Shown: positions 1-9,297 of the stretch, in pieces
Layout: every line of letters begins with the position of its first letter
Position numbering within the stretch: the stretch's first letter is position 1
NCBI GenBank assembly: GCA_035703635.1
Contig: DASSXV010000057.1
Location: 1-28,155, forward strand
Direction of reading: 5' to 3'
From: Trueperaceae bacterium
Lineage (GTDB): Bacteria; Deinococcota; Deinococci; Deinococcales; Trueperaceae
DNA length: 28,155 nt
Made by a program: the position numbers and the translations under genes
Notes under the pieces: generated by a model
Told to the model about the DNA's origin: nothing
The model's database searches: none
The model's input: the letters and a program-made list of their open reading frames with translations, nothing else

Positions 1-1
1 C

Positions 2-145
2 GGCCTGCGCATCATCCTCCTCGACTTCACGACTTGGGCCATTAGGTACCAGCGCTCGATGTGGTACGGGGTCTTGGGCATCACCACCATCATCGGGATT
101 CCGGTACTCATCAAGATCCTCCCAGAGATCTTCGGAGGCGCATGA
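2..145 (+). CDS. sdhC: Succinate dehydrogenase cytochrome b subunit C, 3' fragment (truncated by window start)
   Basis: Frame 2 reads GLRIILLDFTTWAIRYQRSMWYGVLGITTIIGIPVLIKILPEIFGGA* (SdhC-type GLRII motif plus last TM helix). Stop TGA 143-145 overlaps the sdhD start. Not in the ORF track. Confidence 0.9.
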   Translation, partial: GLRIILLDFTTWAIRYQRSMWYGVLGITTIIGIPVLIKILPEIFGGA

Positions 146-573
146 TGGCCGTCCGTCCCAAGAACCTGCGTGAGGCGCGCGACACTTACAGAACGAACAC
201 GGAGCTCGCGTGGTGGGTGTTCATGCGCATCTCAGGGCTGTTCCTGGTGTTCCTGGTCTTCGCTCACGTGTTCATCAACAACATCAGCATCAACGTGGCC
301 ACCGTGGATTACGACTACGTGGCCAGCCGCCTCGCACGCCCGTCCGTCAAGGTATTCGACTCCTTCCTCCTAGGCTTCGCATTGCTGCACGGCGCTAACG
401 GCTTGCGTTACAGCATCGAGGACTACCTCAAGCGCCCCGGCCCAAGGTTCTGGGCGAAGTTGACGCTTTACGTCGTTACCGCCGCCATCTTCATCATGGG
501 TGTCATGACCCTCTGGGCCTTCTCCTACCAGGAGATGGGTGACGCCGTCCGCAACCTCGGCAGCGGCCTTTAG
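145..573 (+). CDS. sdhD: Succinate dehydrogenase hydrophobic membrane anchor subunit D
   Basis: WVFMRISGLFLVFLVFAH and LLHGANGLR motifs, three TM helices. GGAGG at 134-138 favours ATG 145 (ATG 142 is an alternative) over the ORF-track start at 61. Confidence 0.92.
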   Translation: MAVRPKNLREARDTYRTNTELAWWVFMRISGLFLVFLVFAHVFINNISINVATVDYDYVASRLARPSVKVFDSFLLGFALLHGANGLRYSIEDYLKRPGPRFWAKLTLYVVTAAIFIMGVMTLWAFSYQEMGDAVRNLGSGL

Positions 574-593
574 GGAAGGGTGTAGATAGCTAG

Positions 594-2333
594 ATGATCA
601 GGGCACACAAGTTCGACGTCATCGTTGTGGGTGCCGGAGGCGCCGGCCTGATGGCCGCTCGGTACGCTGCGCACAACCCGAAGGTCTCGGTAGCGGTGAT
701 AACTAAGCTCTACCCGACCCGCTCCCACACGGGCGCCGCACAAGGGGGCGTCGGCGCTGCCCTCGGGAACGTCAGTGAGGACCACCCGGAGTGGCACGCG
801 TTCGATACCGTCAAGGGCGGGGATTACCTCACCGACCAGGACGTGGCTGAGGCGTTCTCCCACGAAGTCATCGACGCCGTTTACGAGCTCGAGCACATGG
901 GCCTGCCGTTCAGCCGCACGCCGGAGGGCCGAATCGCGCAGCGCAAGTTCGGTGGTCACACGCGCGAGCACGGCAAGGCGCCAGTAGAGCGCGCCTGCTA
1001 CGCTGCCGACCGCACGGGCCACATGATCCTGCAGACTCTCTACCAGCAGTCCATCAAGGACCAGGTGCACTTCTTTAACGAGTTCCACGTCTTGGACATC
1101 ATCATGGACGGCGGGGAGTGCCGCGGGGTCGTGGCTTATGAACTCGCGACAGGCGACCTGCACGTCATCCAGGCGAAGGCGACCGTGTTAGCGACGGGCG
1201 GTAACGGCCGCATGTTCAAGGTCACGTCCAACGCGCATGCGCTGACCGGCGACCTCACTAGCATCGTGTGGCGCCGCGGTATCCCCGTCGAGGACCCGGA
1301 GTTCTACCAGTTCCACCCGACCGGCCTCTACAAGCTGGGGGTGCTCCTCACGGAGGGCGCCCGCGGCGAGGGGGGCATCCTGCGCAACTCCGAGGGCGAG
1401 CGCTTCATGGAGCGTTACGCGCCGACCATCAAGGACTTGGCCCCGCGCGACATGGTCAGCCGCGCCATGTACCTCGAGATCCGCGAGGGCCGCGGGTGCG
1501 GACCCAACAAGGACTACATCCACCTCGACCTAACGCACATCGATGCCAAGATCATCGAGGAACGGCTGCCAGACATCACGGAGTTCGCCCGCATCTACCT
1601 TGGCGTCGACCCCATCAAGGAACTCGTGCCCATCCAGCCGACGGCGCACTACATGATGGGTGGCGTACCGACCACCATCGACACCAACGTCATCAGCGAC
1701 GGCCAGAGCACCATCGTCCCAGGCCTGTACGCTGCCGGGGAAGTGGCGTGCGCCTCGCTGCACGGCGCTAACCGCCTCGGCACCAACTCGTTGGGCGACC
1801 TGCTCGTCTTCGGGCGCAGGGCCGGGCGCAACGCCAGTGCCTACGCCGAGCGTTCAGAGTTCCCCGACCTACCTGCTGGCGTCCTAGACCACACCAAGGC
1901 GCTGCTCGACGCCGTGATCAACGGCCCGCACAAGGAGCGCGTGTCCGACATCCGCTCCGAACTGCAGGCCACCATGATGGACAACGCCTCGGTCTTCCGC
2001 ACCGCGGAGAGCCTCGCCCAGCAGGTCAAAGAAGTCGAGAAGCTCAAGGTGCGCGCCCGCGACATCGGCGTGGAGGACAAGGGCAAGCGCTACAACACGG
2101 AGCTCATGGAGGCAGTCGAGCTCGGCTTCCTCCTCGACAACGCCCAGCAGCTCGTCACGGCGGCTCTCAACCGCACGGAGTCGCGTGGAGCGCACTCCCG
2201 CGAGGATTACAGGGAGCGCGACGACAGCGGGTGGCTCAAACACACCCTCGTCTACAAAGACGGCGACGGGGTACGCATCGACTACAAGCCCGTGACTCTC
2301 GGCCGCTACGAGCCGAAGCCGCGGGTCTACTGA
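594..2333 (+). CDS. sdhA: Succinate dehydrogenase flavoprotein subunit
   Basis: GAGGAG FAD-binding motif, [10 protein letters not shown] covalent-FAD His, [34 protein letters not shown]; lies between sdhD and sdhB. Confidence 0.98.
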   Translation: MIRAHKFDVIVVGAGGAGLMAARYAAHNPKVSVAVITKLYPTRSHTGAAQGGVGAALGNVSEDHPEWHAFDTVKGGDYLTDQDVAEAFSHEVIDAVYELEHMGLPFSRTPEGRIAQRKFGGHTREHGKAPVERACYAADRTGHMILQTLYQQSIKDQVHFFNEFHVLDIIMDGGECRGVVAYELATGDLHVIQAKATVLATGGNGRMFKVTSNAHALTGDLTSIVWRRGIPVEDPEFYQFHPTGLYKLGVLLTEGARGEGGILRNSEGERFMERYAPTIKDLAPRDMVSRAMYLEIREGRGCGPNKDYIHLDLTHIDAKIIEERLPDITEFARIYLGVDPIKELVPIQPTAHYMMGGVPTTIDTNVISDGQSTIVPGLYAAGEVACASLHGANRLGTNSLGDLLVFGRRAGRNASAYAERSEFPDLPAGVLDHTKALLDAVINGPHKERVSDIRSELQATMMDNASVFRTAESLAQQVKEVEKLKVRARDIGVEDKGKRYNTELMEAVELGFLLDNAQQLVTAALNRTESRGAHSREDYRERDDSGWLKHTLVYKDGDGVRIDYKPVTLGRYEPKPRVY

Positions 2334-2341
2334 GGCCAACC

Positions 2342-3040
2342 ATGCAGATAAACATGAAGATCCGCCGCTACGACCCGGAGAAGGACCCCCGCCCGCGCTG
2401 GCAGGAGTTCAAGCTCGACGTCGCCCCAACCGAACGCGTGCTGGACGTCTTGAACCACATCAAGTGGGAACTCGAGGGCTCGCTCACGTTCCGCCGCAGT
2501 TGCGCTCACGGCATCTGCGGGTCGGACGCCATGATGATCAACGGCGTCAACCGCCTAGCCTGCAAGATCCTGGTGCAAGACCTCGGGTCCAACATCACCG
2601 TCGAGCCGCTCCGTGGCCTGCCAGTGCTCAAGGACCTGATCGTCGACATGGAGCCGTTCTTCGACTCGTACCGCGCCATACTTCCCTACTTCATCAACGA
2701 TGAGCCAGCGCCGCCGACTGAGCGCTACCAGAGCGTAGAGGACCGCGCGCTCTTCGACGACACCACCAAGTGCATCCTGTGCGCAGCCTGCACGAGTTCG
2801 TGCCCGGTCTTCTGGACGAACGGCCGCTATATCGGCCCTGCCGCCATAGTCAACGCGCACCGTTTCATCTTCGACTCGCGCGACCAAGGCTCCGCCGAGC
2901 GCCTACGCGTGCTCAACGGCGTGAACGGACTATGGCGCTGCCGCACGGCCTACAACTGCACGGAGGCGTGCCCACGCGGTATTCCCATCACGAAGGTGAT
3001 CGAGCAGACGAAGCGCGAACTGATCTGGCAACGCGCCTGA
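2342..3040 (+). CDS. sdhB: Succinate dehydrogenase iron-sulfur subunit
   Basis: RRSCAHGICGSD...RLAC (2Fe-2S, Asp at third ligand position), CILCAACTSSCP and CRTAYNCTEACP cluster motifs. ATG 2342 lies 8 nt after the sdhA stop. Confidence 0.97.
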   Translation: MQINMKIRRYDPEKDPRPRWQEFKLDVAPTERVLDVLNHIKWELEGSLTFRRSCAHGICGSDAMMINGVNRLACKILVQDLGSNITVEPLRGLPVLKDLIVDMEPFFDSYRAILPYFINDEPAPPTERYQSVEDRALFDDTTKCILCAACTSSCPVFWTNGRYIGPAAIVNAHRFIFDSRDQGSAERLRVLNGVNGLWRCRTAYNCTEACPRGIPITKVIEQTKRELIWQRA

Positions 3041-3055
3041 GTTAACACGTACTTG

Positions 3056-3094
3056 GGGCGTGGCCCGCGGTCTGCGACCGGTCGGGCCACGCTC
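3056..3094. terminator. GC-rich hairpin between convergent sdhB and ridA, probable bidirectional terminator
   Basis: GCGTGGCCCG-CGGTC[TGC]GACCG-GT-CGGGCCACGC inverted repeat, followed by GTCGTTT on + (weak U-tract). Confidence 0.7.
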
Positions 3095-3126
3095 GTCGTT
3101 TGAGCCTAGACCTACGCTTACCTGAC

Positions 3127-3504
3127 TTAAGGAAGGCGGGCTACGACCTCTACCTCTACCAGCCCATCTTTCGGCAGCCGCGCGACCTGCACCGTGCTGC
3201 GCGCAGGCAGGTTACCTTCCAAGTAGCTGCCGTAGACCTCGTTGAAGGCAGCGAAGTCGTCCATGCTGGCCAGGAAGCAGGTCGTCTTTACGATGTCCTG
3301 AACGCTGCAGCCAGCCGCTGCCAACACGGCCTTGAGGTTCTGCATGACTTGGTGCGTTTGGGCGGTGATGTCGCCACCCAACCACGAACCGTCTGGTTTG
3401 AGCGCGATCTGTCCGGCGCTGAACAAGAAGCCGCCTACCTTGACGGCTTGGGAGTAAGGCCCAATGGCCTTAGGTGCGGACTCGGTTGCAACTCTCTCGA
3501 TCAT
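3127..3504 (-). CDS. ridA: RidA/YjgF family enamine/imine deaminase
   Basis: APKAIGPYSQA, FSAGQI, VKTTCFL, PARSTVQV (catalytic Arg), VEVE. 125 aa from ATG 3504; the ORF-track 5' extension overlaps the upstream gene. Confidence 0.93.
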   Translation of the reverse strand: MIERVATESAPKAIGPYSQAVKVGGFLFSAGQIALKPDGSWLGGDITAQTHQVMQNLKAVLAAAGCSVQDIVKTTCFLASMDDFAAFNEVYGSYLEGNLPARSTVQVARLPKDGLVEVEVVARLP

Positions 3505-3515
3505 GCCGCAGCCTA

Positions 3516-4565
3516 TCAACCGCGCCACAACAAGAACAGCACCAACAGCACCAACAAGTAGGCGCAACCCATCAGCCAATAGCGGTACGGGAACAGGGGA
3601 TGCCTACGGAGTTTCTGCCACGGCCCGTTGCTAGGAAAACCTTCTTCTACGCGCTTGATGCCGGAGAGGGTCTCGCCGATATCGACGGAAGCCGCCTCGA
3701 GCGGCGTACCAGGCAAGTCGTAGCGTTTAGGGCGCAAGCCCACTTCGTCTACGCGCAACACCACCGCCGTCACGTTGTCTGGGCTGCCGCGGTCGTTAGC
3801 CGCCTCGACGAGCCGGGCTGCGGCCTCGTTCGGCGCTAGCCCGATCACGTTCTGGACGATCGAATCCTCGTCTAGGAGCATGCTGACGCCGTCGCTGACG
3901 ATAACGATCACGTCACCAGGCAGCACGTCGAAGTAGAGGACGTCCAACCGAAACGTCGGCGTTGCCCCTATGGCGTTGGTGATGACGTTGCGCCACCGAT
4001 GCTTGCGCGCTTCCTCCTCGCTGAGGAGGCCCTGGCGCACGCGGTCGGCTACCCAACTATGGTCGACGGTCAACCTTTGGGCCCGCGTGCCGCGGACGAG
4101 GTAAGCGCGCGAGTCGCCTACGTGCCCAACCAAGCCGATCTGATCGTCGAGCAGCACGGCGGTTAGCGTCGTGCCCATGCCCTTCAGTTCGGGCTGGTCG
4201 AGGGCGAGGTTGTACACCTCGACGTTGGCGGCCTGCGCAGCTCGTGCGAGGCTGACTGGGGGCTGAGTGCGGCTCTGGCGCAGCGCGGCCACGAGCGTCT
4301 CGATGGCGCGGCGACTAGCGACCTCACCGGCAGTGTGGCCGCCCATGCCGTCCGCCACGACGCCAAGGTGCCCGTTACGCCCAACGCTCCCAGCGAAGAA
4401 CCAGTCCTGGTTGACGCTGCGCACGCGGCCAGCTTCGCTGATGCCGCTGCTGCTGATGTGAGTGACGCTGCTTCCTGGCTTCGTTGGCGGTGCCGCGACG
4501 ACGGCGGCCGGGCGCGGTGAGCGACCGGTGCGAGCGTCAGAGAGCGGCGTGACCGGCTCGGTCAT
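3516..4565 (-). CDS. PP2C/PPM-family Ser/Thr protein phosphatase with C-terminal membrane anchor
   Basis: RSVNQD, VVADGMGGH, GMGTT, HVGDSRAY, LTVDHS, SDG and DNVT motifs; hydrophobic C-terminus (YWLMGCAYLLVLLVLFLLW). Start 4565 is supported by a -10 box 8 nt upstream. Confidence 0.92.
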   Translation of the reverse strand: MTEPVTPLSDARTGRSPRPAAVVAAPPTKPGSSVTHISSSGISEAGRVRSVNQDWFFAGSVGRNGHLGVVADGMGGHTAGEVASRRAIETLVAALRQSRTQPPVSLARAAQAANVEVYNLALDQPELKGMGTTLTAVLLDDQIGLVGHVGDSRAYLVRGTRAQRLTVDHSWVADRVRQGLLSEEEARKHRWRNVITNAIGATPTFRLDVLYFDVLPGDVIVIVSDGVSMLLDEDSIVQNVIGLAPNEAAARLVEAANDRGSPDNVTAVVLRVDEVGLRPKRYDLPGTPLEAASVDIGETLSGIKRVEEGFPSNGPWQKLRRHPLFPYRYWLMGCAYLLVLLVLFLLWRG

Positions 4566-4573
4566 GTGCGGGC

Positions 4574-4579
4574 ATGATA
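4574..4579 (-). promoter_or_regulatory. -10 element TATCAT, putative leaderless promoter of the PP2C-ridA unit
   Basis: TATCAT 8 nt upstream of ATG 4565; no SD sequence. Confidence 0.55.
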
Positions 4580-4678
4580 CCGCTGCAGCGGTGTGAGGCG
4601 GATGTAGCATGCTGCCCACGCGCCGGGCCGGCGCGTGGCTGCAGCGCACGCCGCCCGCCCGAGACTCTCCAAAGCACC

Positions 4679-4687
4679 TGTTATGCT
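4679..4687 (+). promoter_or_regulatory. Extended -10 (TGnTATGCT), putative leaderless promoter of gatA
   Basis: TG-T-TATGCT 7 nt upstream of ATG 4695; no SD sequence. Confidence 0.65.
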
Positions 4688-4694
4688 TCGCCGC

Positions 4695-6131
4695 ATGACC
4701 GACGGGCACAGCACTGCTAGGGCTACTGCCACTGCCGTCCGCAGCGGTGAGCTAACCGCCACGGCAGTGGTGGCGGCGGCCCTCGACCGCGCGGCGCGCG
4801 CGCAGGCGGACCTCAACGCCTTCACCCACATAGACTTGGTCGGTGCCATGACCGCCGCGGCGAACCTCGACGCCAAAGTGGCCGCCGGTCACCAGTTGGG
4901 GCCGCTCGCTGGCGTGCCCATCGCCGTGAAGGACAACATCGCCACCCTCGGTCAGCCAACGACGGGCGGTTCGCGCATCCTCGAGGGCTACGCCTCACCG
5001 TTCGACGCCACCGTCGTCGCGCGCCTGCGGGCCGCCGGGGCCGTAGTGATCGGCAAGACGAACCTCGACGAGTTCGGCATGGGTTCAACGGGGGAGAACT
5101 CCGCATACGGGCCGACCCGCAACCCGCGCGACGCCACGCGCGTGGCTGGCGGCTCCTCGAGCGGCTCGGCCGCGGCGGTAGGGTCGGGGGTCGTGTCTCT
5201 GGCGTTAGGGACGGACACTGGGGGTTCGAGCCGCCTGCCAGCCGCGTTCTGCGGGACAGTCGGGTTCAAACCTAGTTACGGCGGCGCGTCGCGCTATGGG
5301 CTGCTCGCGTACGCCAGCTCGCTCGACCAGCTCGGAGTGCTCGGCGGCACGGTTGCAGACGTTGTGCTCGCCATGCGCGTTATGGCCGGCGCCGACCCGC
5401 TCGACGCCACTAGCTTCGACCTGCAGTTGGGTAGCAGCGAAGCGCAGGACCTGGCAGGCAAGCGCTTCGGCGTCGTGCCCGAACTCGCGGGCGAGGGCTT
5501 CGGTGGAGACGCCCTCGCGAGCCTCGCCCTCGCGCGTGGCGCCCTAGAGGCGCGTGGCGCCGAGGTCGTCGAGGTGCCTCTGCCGAACGTCGGGCTCGCC
5601 GTTGCCTGCTATTACGTGATCGCGGCGGCAGAGGCCTCGAGCAACCTCGCGCGCTACGCTGGCATGCTCTACGGCATGCGAGTGGGCGAGGAGAGCGAAG
5701 GGCAGGAGGCCGTCATGCGCCACACCCGCGGCGAACTCTTCGGCCGCGAGGTCAAGAGGCGCGTGCTTCTCGGCTCGTTCGCCCTCTCGGCAGGCCACTA
5801 CGAGGCGTACTACGGGCGGGCGCTGAAGGTCAGGAACCGCCTGGCGCAGGAGCTCGCGCTTGGCCTTGCCGACGTCGATGCTCTCCTCACCCCGACGGCG
5901 CCCGGGGTGGCCTACCGCCTCGGCGAAACGGCGGGCGACCCGCTCGCCATGTACCTCGGTGACGTGGCGACGTGCCTCGCGAACCTAGCTGGCTACCCAG
6001 CCGTAAGCGTGCCGTGTGGCACGGGTGAGGCAGGGCTGCCACTCGGCGTGCAGTTGGTCGCCAAGGCTGGGGGGGACGGTGCGCTCCTTGGCCTTGCCGA
6101 GGCGCTAGAAGCGGCGATCGCGGCTGCCTAG
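4695..6131 (+). CDS. gatA: Glutamyl/aspartyl-tRNA amidotransferase subunit A
   Basis: Amidase signature: VKDN, GKTNLDEFGMGS, GGSSSGSA, GTDTGGS, GFKPSYG. GatA-type YYVIAAAEASSNLARY, FGREVKRR and DPLAMYL. Confidence 0.9.
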   Translation: MTDGHSTARATATAVRSGELTATAVVAAALDRAARAQADLNAFTHIDLVGAMTAAANLDAKVAAGHQLGPLAGVPIAVKDNIATLGQPTTGGSRILEGYASPFDATVVARLRAAGAVVIGKTNLDEFGMGSTGENSAYGPTRNPRDATRVAGGSSSGSAAAVGSGVVSLALGTDTGGSSRLPAAFCGTVGFKPSYGGASRYGLLAYASSLDQLGVLGGTVADVVLAMRVMAGADPLDATSFDLQLGSSEAQDLAGKRFGVVPELAGEGFGGDALASLALARGALEARGAEVVEVPLPNVGLAVACYYVIAAAEASSNLARYAGMLYGMRVGEESEGQEAVMRHTRGELFGREVKRRVLLGSFALSAGHYEAYYGRALKVRNRLAQELALGLADVDALLTPTAPGVAYRLGETAGDPLAMYLGDVATCLANLAGYPAVSVPCGTGEAGLPLGVQLVAKAGGDGALLGLAEALEAAIAAA

Positions 6132-6158
6132 CCGCGCCACCTGTAAGTAGCTCCGGTG

Positions 6159-6167
6159 TGGTACTAT
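6159..6167 (+). promoter_or_regulatory. Extended -10 (TGnTACTAT) for the rpmH operon
   Basis: TG-G-TACTAT about 130 nt upstream of the rpmH ATG; SD GGAAGGAG at 6288-6295 implies a leadered mRNA. Confidence 0.6.
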
Positions 6168-6300
6168 TCTCCGGCTTGACTGTCCTGCCCGGACGGTAGC
6201 TCGTCGCCCACTCCGCGATCAGTGAAGAGTGCGTGGTGGTGCGGCTTGAAGCTTGTCCTGGGCATTCCCACCCGACGGTAAGAGACTGGAAGGAGACATC

Positions 6301-6444
6301 ATGAAGCGGACCTATCAGCCGAACCGCCGCAAGCGTGCCAAGACGCACGGCTTCCTCGTGCGTATGGCTACGCCAGGTGGTCGTAACGTGATCAGGCGTC
6401 GCCGCGCCAAGGGCCGTAAGCGCTTGTCGGTAGCGGATCACTGA
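6301..6444 (+). CDS. rpmH: 50S ribosomal protein L34
   Basis: [42 protein letters not shown]; strong SD upstream. Confidence 0.99.
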   Translation: MKRTYQPNRRKRAKTHGFLVRMATPGGRNVIRRRRAKGRKRLSVADH

Positions 6445-6449
6445 GTTCC

Positions 6450-6806
6450 ATGGCGGTCATCCGCTCGCTGAGCGGCGACCGTGCGTTTCAGCGGCTTCGC
6501 AAAGGCAACAGCGGGAGCGGCAAACACGTCACCGTCAGGTGGCGGCTCTCGCGGCAAGGGGAGGTCAGAGTGGGCATCGTGGTTAGCCGGAAGGTCGGCA
6601 ATGCCGTGGTGCGGAACCGCGTTAGGCGACGCCTGCGTGAGGGAATCCGCGAACTAGCGCGGCAGCCCTTCCACGAGGGTGCGTACGACGCGTCACGACC
6701 CTCTTTCGACCTCCTCGTCATCGCACGGCCATCCGCGGCCGAAGCCGATTACGCCGACCTCAAGCGGTCGCTCGTCAACGCCTTCACGCGCGCGAAGCTC
6801 CAATGA
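6450..6806 (+). CDS. rnpA: Ribonuclease P protein component
   Basis: [25 protein letters not shown] (RNR motif); follows rpmH. Confidence 0.96.
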   Translation: MAVIRSLSGDRAFQRLRKGNSGSGKHVTVRWRLSRQGEVRVGIVVSRKVGNAVVRNRVRRRLREGIRELARQPFHEGAYDASRPSFDLLVIARPSAAEADYADLKRSLVNAFTRAKLQ

Positions 6807-7132
6807 GCAGTGGCGCCTCTGGCGGTGGCGGCGTGCGGCGTGCGCTCAAGGACGCGGCCATCTGGCCCCTCAAGGCGTACCAGCGTTACTTGTCGCCCCT
6901 CAAGGGGGCGCCATCTTGCCGTTTTCACCCTACCTGCAGTAGCTATGCCATCGAAGCCATCGAGGTTCACGGCGTGCTGCGCGGCAGTTGGATGGGCCTC
7001 ATGCGTGTGCTGAGGTGCCACCCGTTCCACCCTGGCGGCTACGATCCCGTACCGCCGCGCGGGCGCTCGAGGGCGCACCGTCACGACCCTCAGCCGTCGG
7101 CGAAGCCCGACGCACACACGGAGGCCCCTTGA
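6803..7132 (+). CDS. yidD: Membrane protein insertion efficiency factor
   Basis: [42 protein letters not shown] overlap with rnpA. Confidence 0.95.
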   Translation: MSSGASGGGGVRRALKDAAIWPLKAYQRYLSPLKGAPSCRFHPTCSSYAIEAIEVHGVLRGSWMGLMRVLRCHPFHPGGYDPVPPRGRSRAHRHDPQPSAKPDAHTEAP

Positions 7133-8682
7133 AACGCAACCGCCTACTGCAGCTGCTGGTAGCCACACTGGCAGCGCTTGCCCTCACCGCGCCCGCATTC
7201 GCGCGGATCGAACTAGAGGCTACGGCGTTCAGCGTCTCGAGCTTCGGTGGCGGAGACAAGATAGATGCCACCTGCGGCACCGCGTCCCCATCGTTCTTCT
7301 GTAACACGGGTGAAACCGAGCTCACGCGCATCACGAGCAAGGGCGTCGACTACTTCTTCGACGAGGCAGGCCAGCTCGTCGCGGCCTACGGCAAGCAGCA
7401 GCGCGGCCAGAAGCTCAAGGACTACACGATCGACGCGCGAACGAACCTCATACCGTTCGACTCGAGCATCCCGGCCCTGGCACTCCTGGTCAACGGCGAG
7501 TACGTGCAGCCGGAGGTCGTGGCTTCCGACTGGCAGGCGAACGGTGACGGAGTGTTGGTCGGCACCTTCGAGCAACGCATCGGCGGCCTCGAGGTCACGC
7601 GCCGCCTCACGCTGCACAGCGGCGTCGACACCTTCGGAGTGGAACTGACGGTCACGCGCACCGCAGCAGCGGACGCGAGCGAACAGATCCAGCTCGCCAT
7701 GCCAGGCATCGGCCGCACCACCTCTCCGACCGTGAAGATCGGCCACGGCGAGTCGTTCACCCTCAACCCGGCGGAGCAAGCGTTCCCCGACCCGACCTAC
7801 GTTGCTCTTCAGAACAACAACAACAACCGCGACTTCGCGCTCATCATGCGTCCGGCGCCGGGCAGCACGGGGCTCTCCGCCACCTACATGCGCCCGAACC
7901 GCGTTGCGCTGCAGGCCGAACTTGGCGCTGCGGCCGGCTCGAGCTATACGTTCGACACTGGCATGTATCCAGGCCACAACGAACTCGTGCGCTACAGCCA
8001 AGAGACCTACCTCGAGCTGCCAGGTCTGTTCAACCCCAACATCCTCGGCCGCCTGTCACTGATCGTCGTGCGCATCCTCGAGTTCGTGCACCAGTACGTG
8101 CCGAGCTGGGGCCTTTCGATCATCGTGCTGACGCTGATGTTCCGCGCGCTCATCTGGCCGCTGATCAGCACCCAGACGAAGTCGATGTTCGGCATGCAGC
8201 GCTTGCAACCCAAACTGCAGGAGTTGCAGCGCAAGTACAAGGACGACCGCGAGAAACTCACGCAGGAGACCATGGCGCTGTACCGCGAGGCAGGCGTCAA
8301 CCCAGCGGGTGGCTGTCTGCCGATCATCGTGCAGATGCCGCTGTTCATCATCCTGTGGCGCGTGTTCGTCAATTTCGAGTTCAACGAGGGCTTCTTGTGG
8401 CTGCCCGACCTCGGTCAGGCCGACCCGTTCTTCATCCTGCCCGTGCTCTACGTAGCGGTCATGGTCGCAACGTCTTACTTCTCTGCTCGCGGCAACCCGC
8501 AGATGCTGCGCCAGTCCCTCATCATCAACGTCGTTTTCGTGTTCATCATCGTCGGCTTCCCTGCAGGGGTCCTCGTTTACTATGTGGTATCCATGTTGGT
8601 GCAAGTCTTCCAGTACTGGTTACTGAGCCGCGGCCAGCCGCCGACGCCCCCCGTCGCAGCTATCGCCAAGCGCTCAAAGTGA
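7129..8682 (+). CDS. yidC: Membrane protein insertase YidC
   Basis: [60 protein letters not shown] 7129 overlaps the yidD stop (TTGA) with GGAGG at 7120-7124; N-terminal signal-like peptide. Confidence 0.93.
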   Translation: MKRNRLLQLLVATLAALALTAPAFARIELEATAFSVSSFGGGDKIDATCGTASPSFFCNTGETELTRITSKGVDYFFDEAGQLVAAYGKQQRGQKLKDYTIDARTNLIPFDSSIPALALLVNGEYVQPEVVASDWQANGDGVLVGTFEQRIGGLEVTRRLTLHSGVDTFGVELTVTRTAAADASEQIQLAMPGIGRTTSPTVKIGHGESFTLNPAEQAFPDPTYVALQNNNNNRDFALIMRPAPGSTGLSATYMRPNRVALQAELGAAAGSSYTFDTGMYPGHNELVRYSQETYLELPGLFNPNILGRLSLIVVRILEFVHQYVPSWGLSIIVLTLMFRALIWPLISTQTKSMFGMQRLQPKLQELQRKYKDDREKLTQETMALYREAGVNPAGGCLPIIVQMPLFIILWRVFVNFEFNEGFLWLPDLGQADPFFILPVLYVAVMVATSYFSARGNPQMLRQSLIINVVFVFIIVGFPAGVLVYYVVSMLVQVFQYWLLSRGQPPTPPVAAIAKRSK

Positions 8683-8692
8683 GGGCCTACGG

Positions 8693-9283
8693 ATGAGTGA
8701 CTCGGATCTCGATAAGTACCTAGAGGGCATCGGCATTGACGTCGACAGCGTGGCAGCAGACGACGGTCAAGTAGTGCGCATCACGGAGATCGAAGAGTAC
8801 GAACAAGTCGCAGAGGTCGGGCCTATCGTGCAAGGCGACCCGCTCGAGCGCGCCGAGTCGTTCCTAGTCAACCTGCTGCTCAACATCGACCCCGCGTTCG
8901 CCGTCGAGGTCGAGCAGTCCGCGCCTGACGAGATCCAGGCGGAAGTGTACGGCGGCGACCCAGGCAAGATCATCGGTCGCAACGGTCGCACGCTGTCTGC
9001 CCTCGAGTACCTCACGAACGCCGTCGTCAACCGCGAGGAGAGCGGCCGCGTGCGCGTGAACATCGACGTCGGCGGTTACAAGCGCAGGCGCGACGAGCGG
9101 CTACGCAAGGAAGCCATGCAGGCCGCGGCCCGCGTGCGTAAGAGCGGCTTGGCGGTCGAGCTCGAGCCGATGTCGGCAGCCGAGCGCCGCGTCGTGCACA
9201 TGAGCCTGGCGGACGAGGCTGGCGTCATCACCGAGTCAAGCGGCGAGGGTAGTGACAGACGCGTCGTGGTTAAGCCAGCCTGA
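8693..9283 (+). CDS. jag: Jag/KhpB (EloR)-like RNA-binding protein (KH + R3H)
   Basis: KH GxxG in GKIIGRNGRTL; R3H motif in LEPMSAAERRVVH; SSGEGSDRRVV; follows yidC. Confidence 0.9.
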   Translation: MSDSDLDKYLEGIGIDVDSVAADDGQVVRITEIEEYEQVAEVGPIVQGDPLERAESFLVNLLLNIDPAFAVEVEQSAPDEIQAEVYGGDPGKIIGRNGRTLSALEYLTNAVVNREESGRVRVNIDVGGYKRRRDERLRKEAMQAAARVRKSGLAVELEPMSAAERRVVHMSLADEAGVITESSGEGSDRRVVVKPA

Positions 9284-9297
9284 GAGCGACGCCCGGC

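Noticed and set aside
3100..3561. 153-aa plus-strand ORF covering ridA in antisense
   Set aside because: Shadow ORF with no recognisable motifs; expected opposite a GC-rich gene.
6301..6806. Thermus-style rnpA whose reading frame starts upstream of, and fully overlaps, rpmH
   Set aside because: The rnpA frame has an in-frame TAA at 6384-6386 inside rpmH, so it cannot extend through it. The ordinary start at 6450 is used.
7813..7827. (AAC)5 microsatellite in yidC
   Set aside because: Short, in frame (poly-Asn) and in a probable loop; slippage would not shift the frame.
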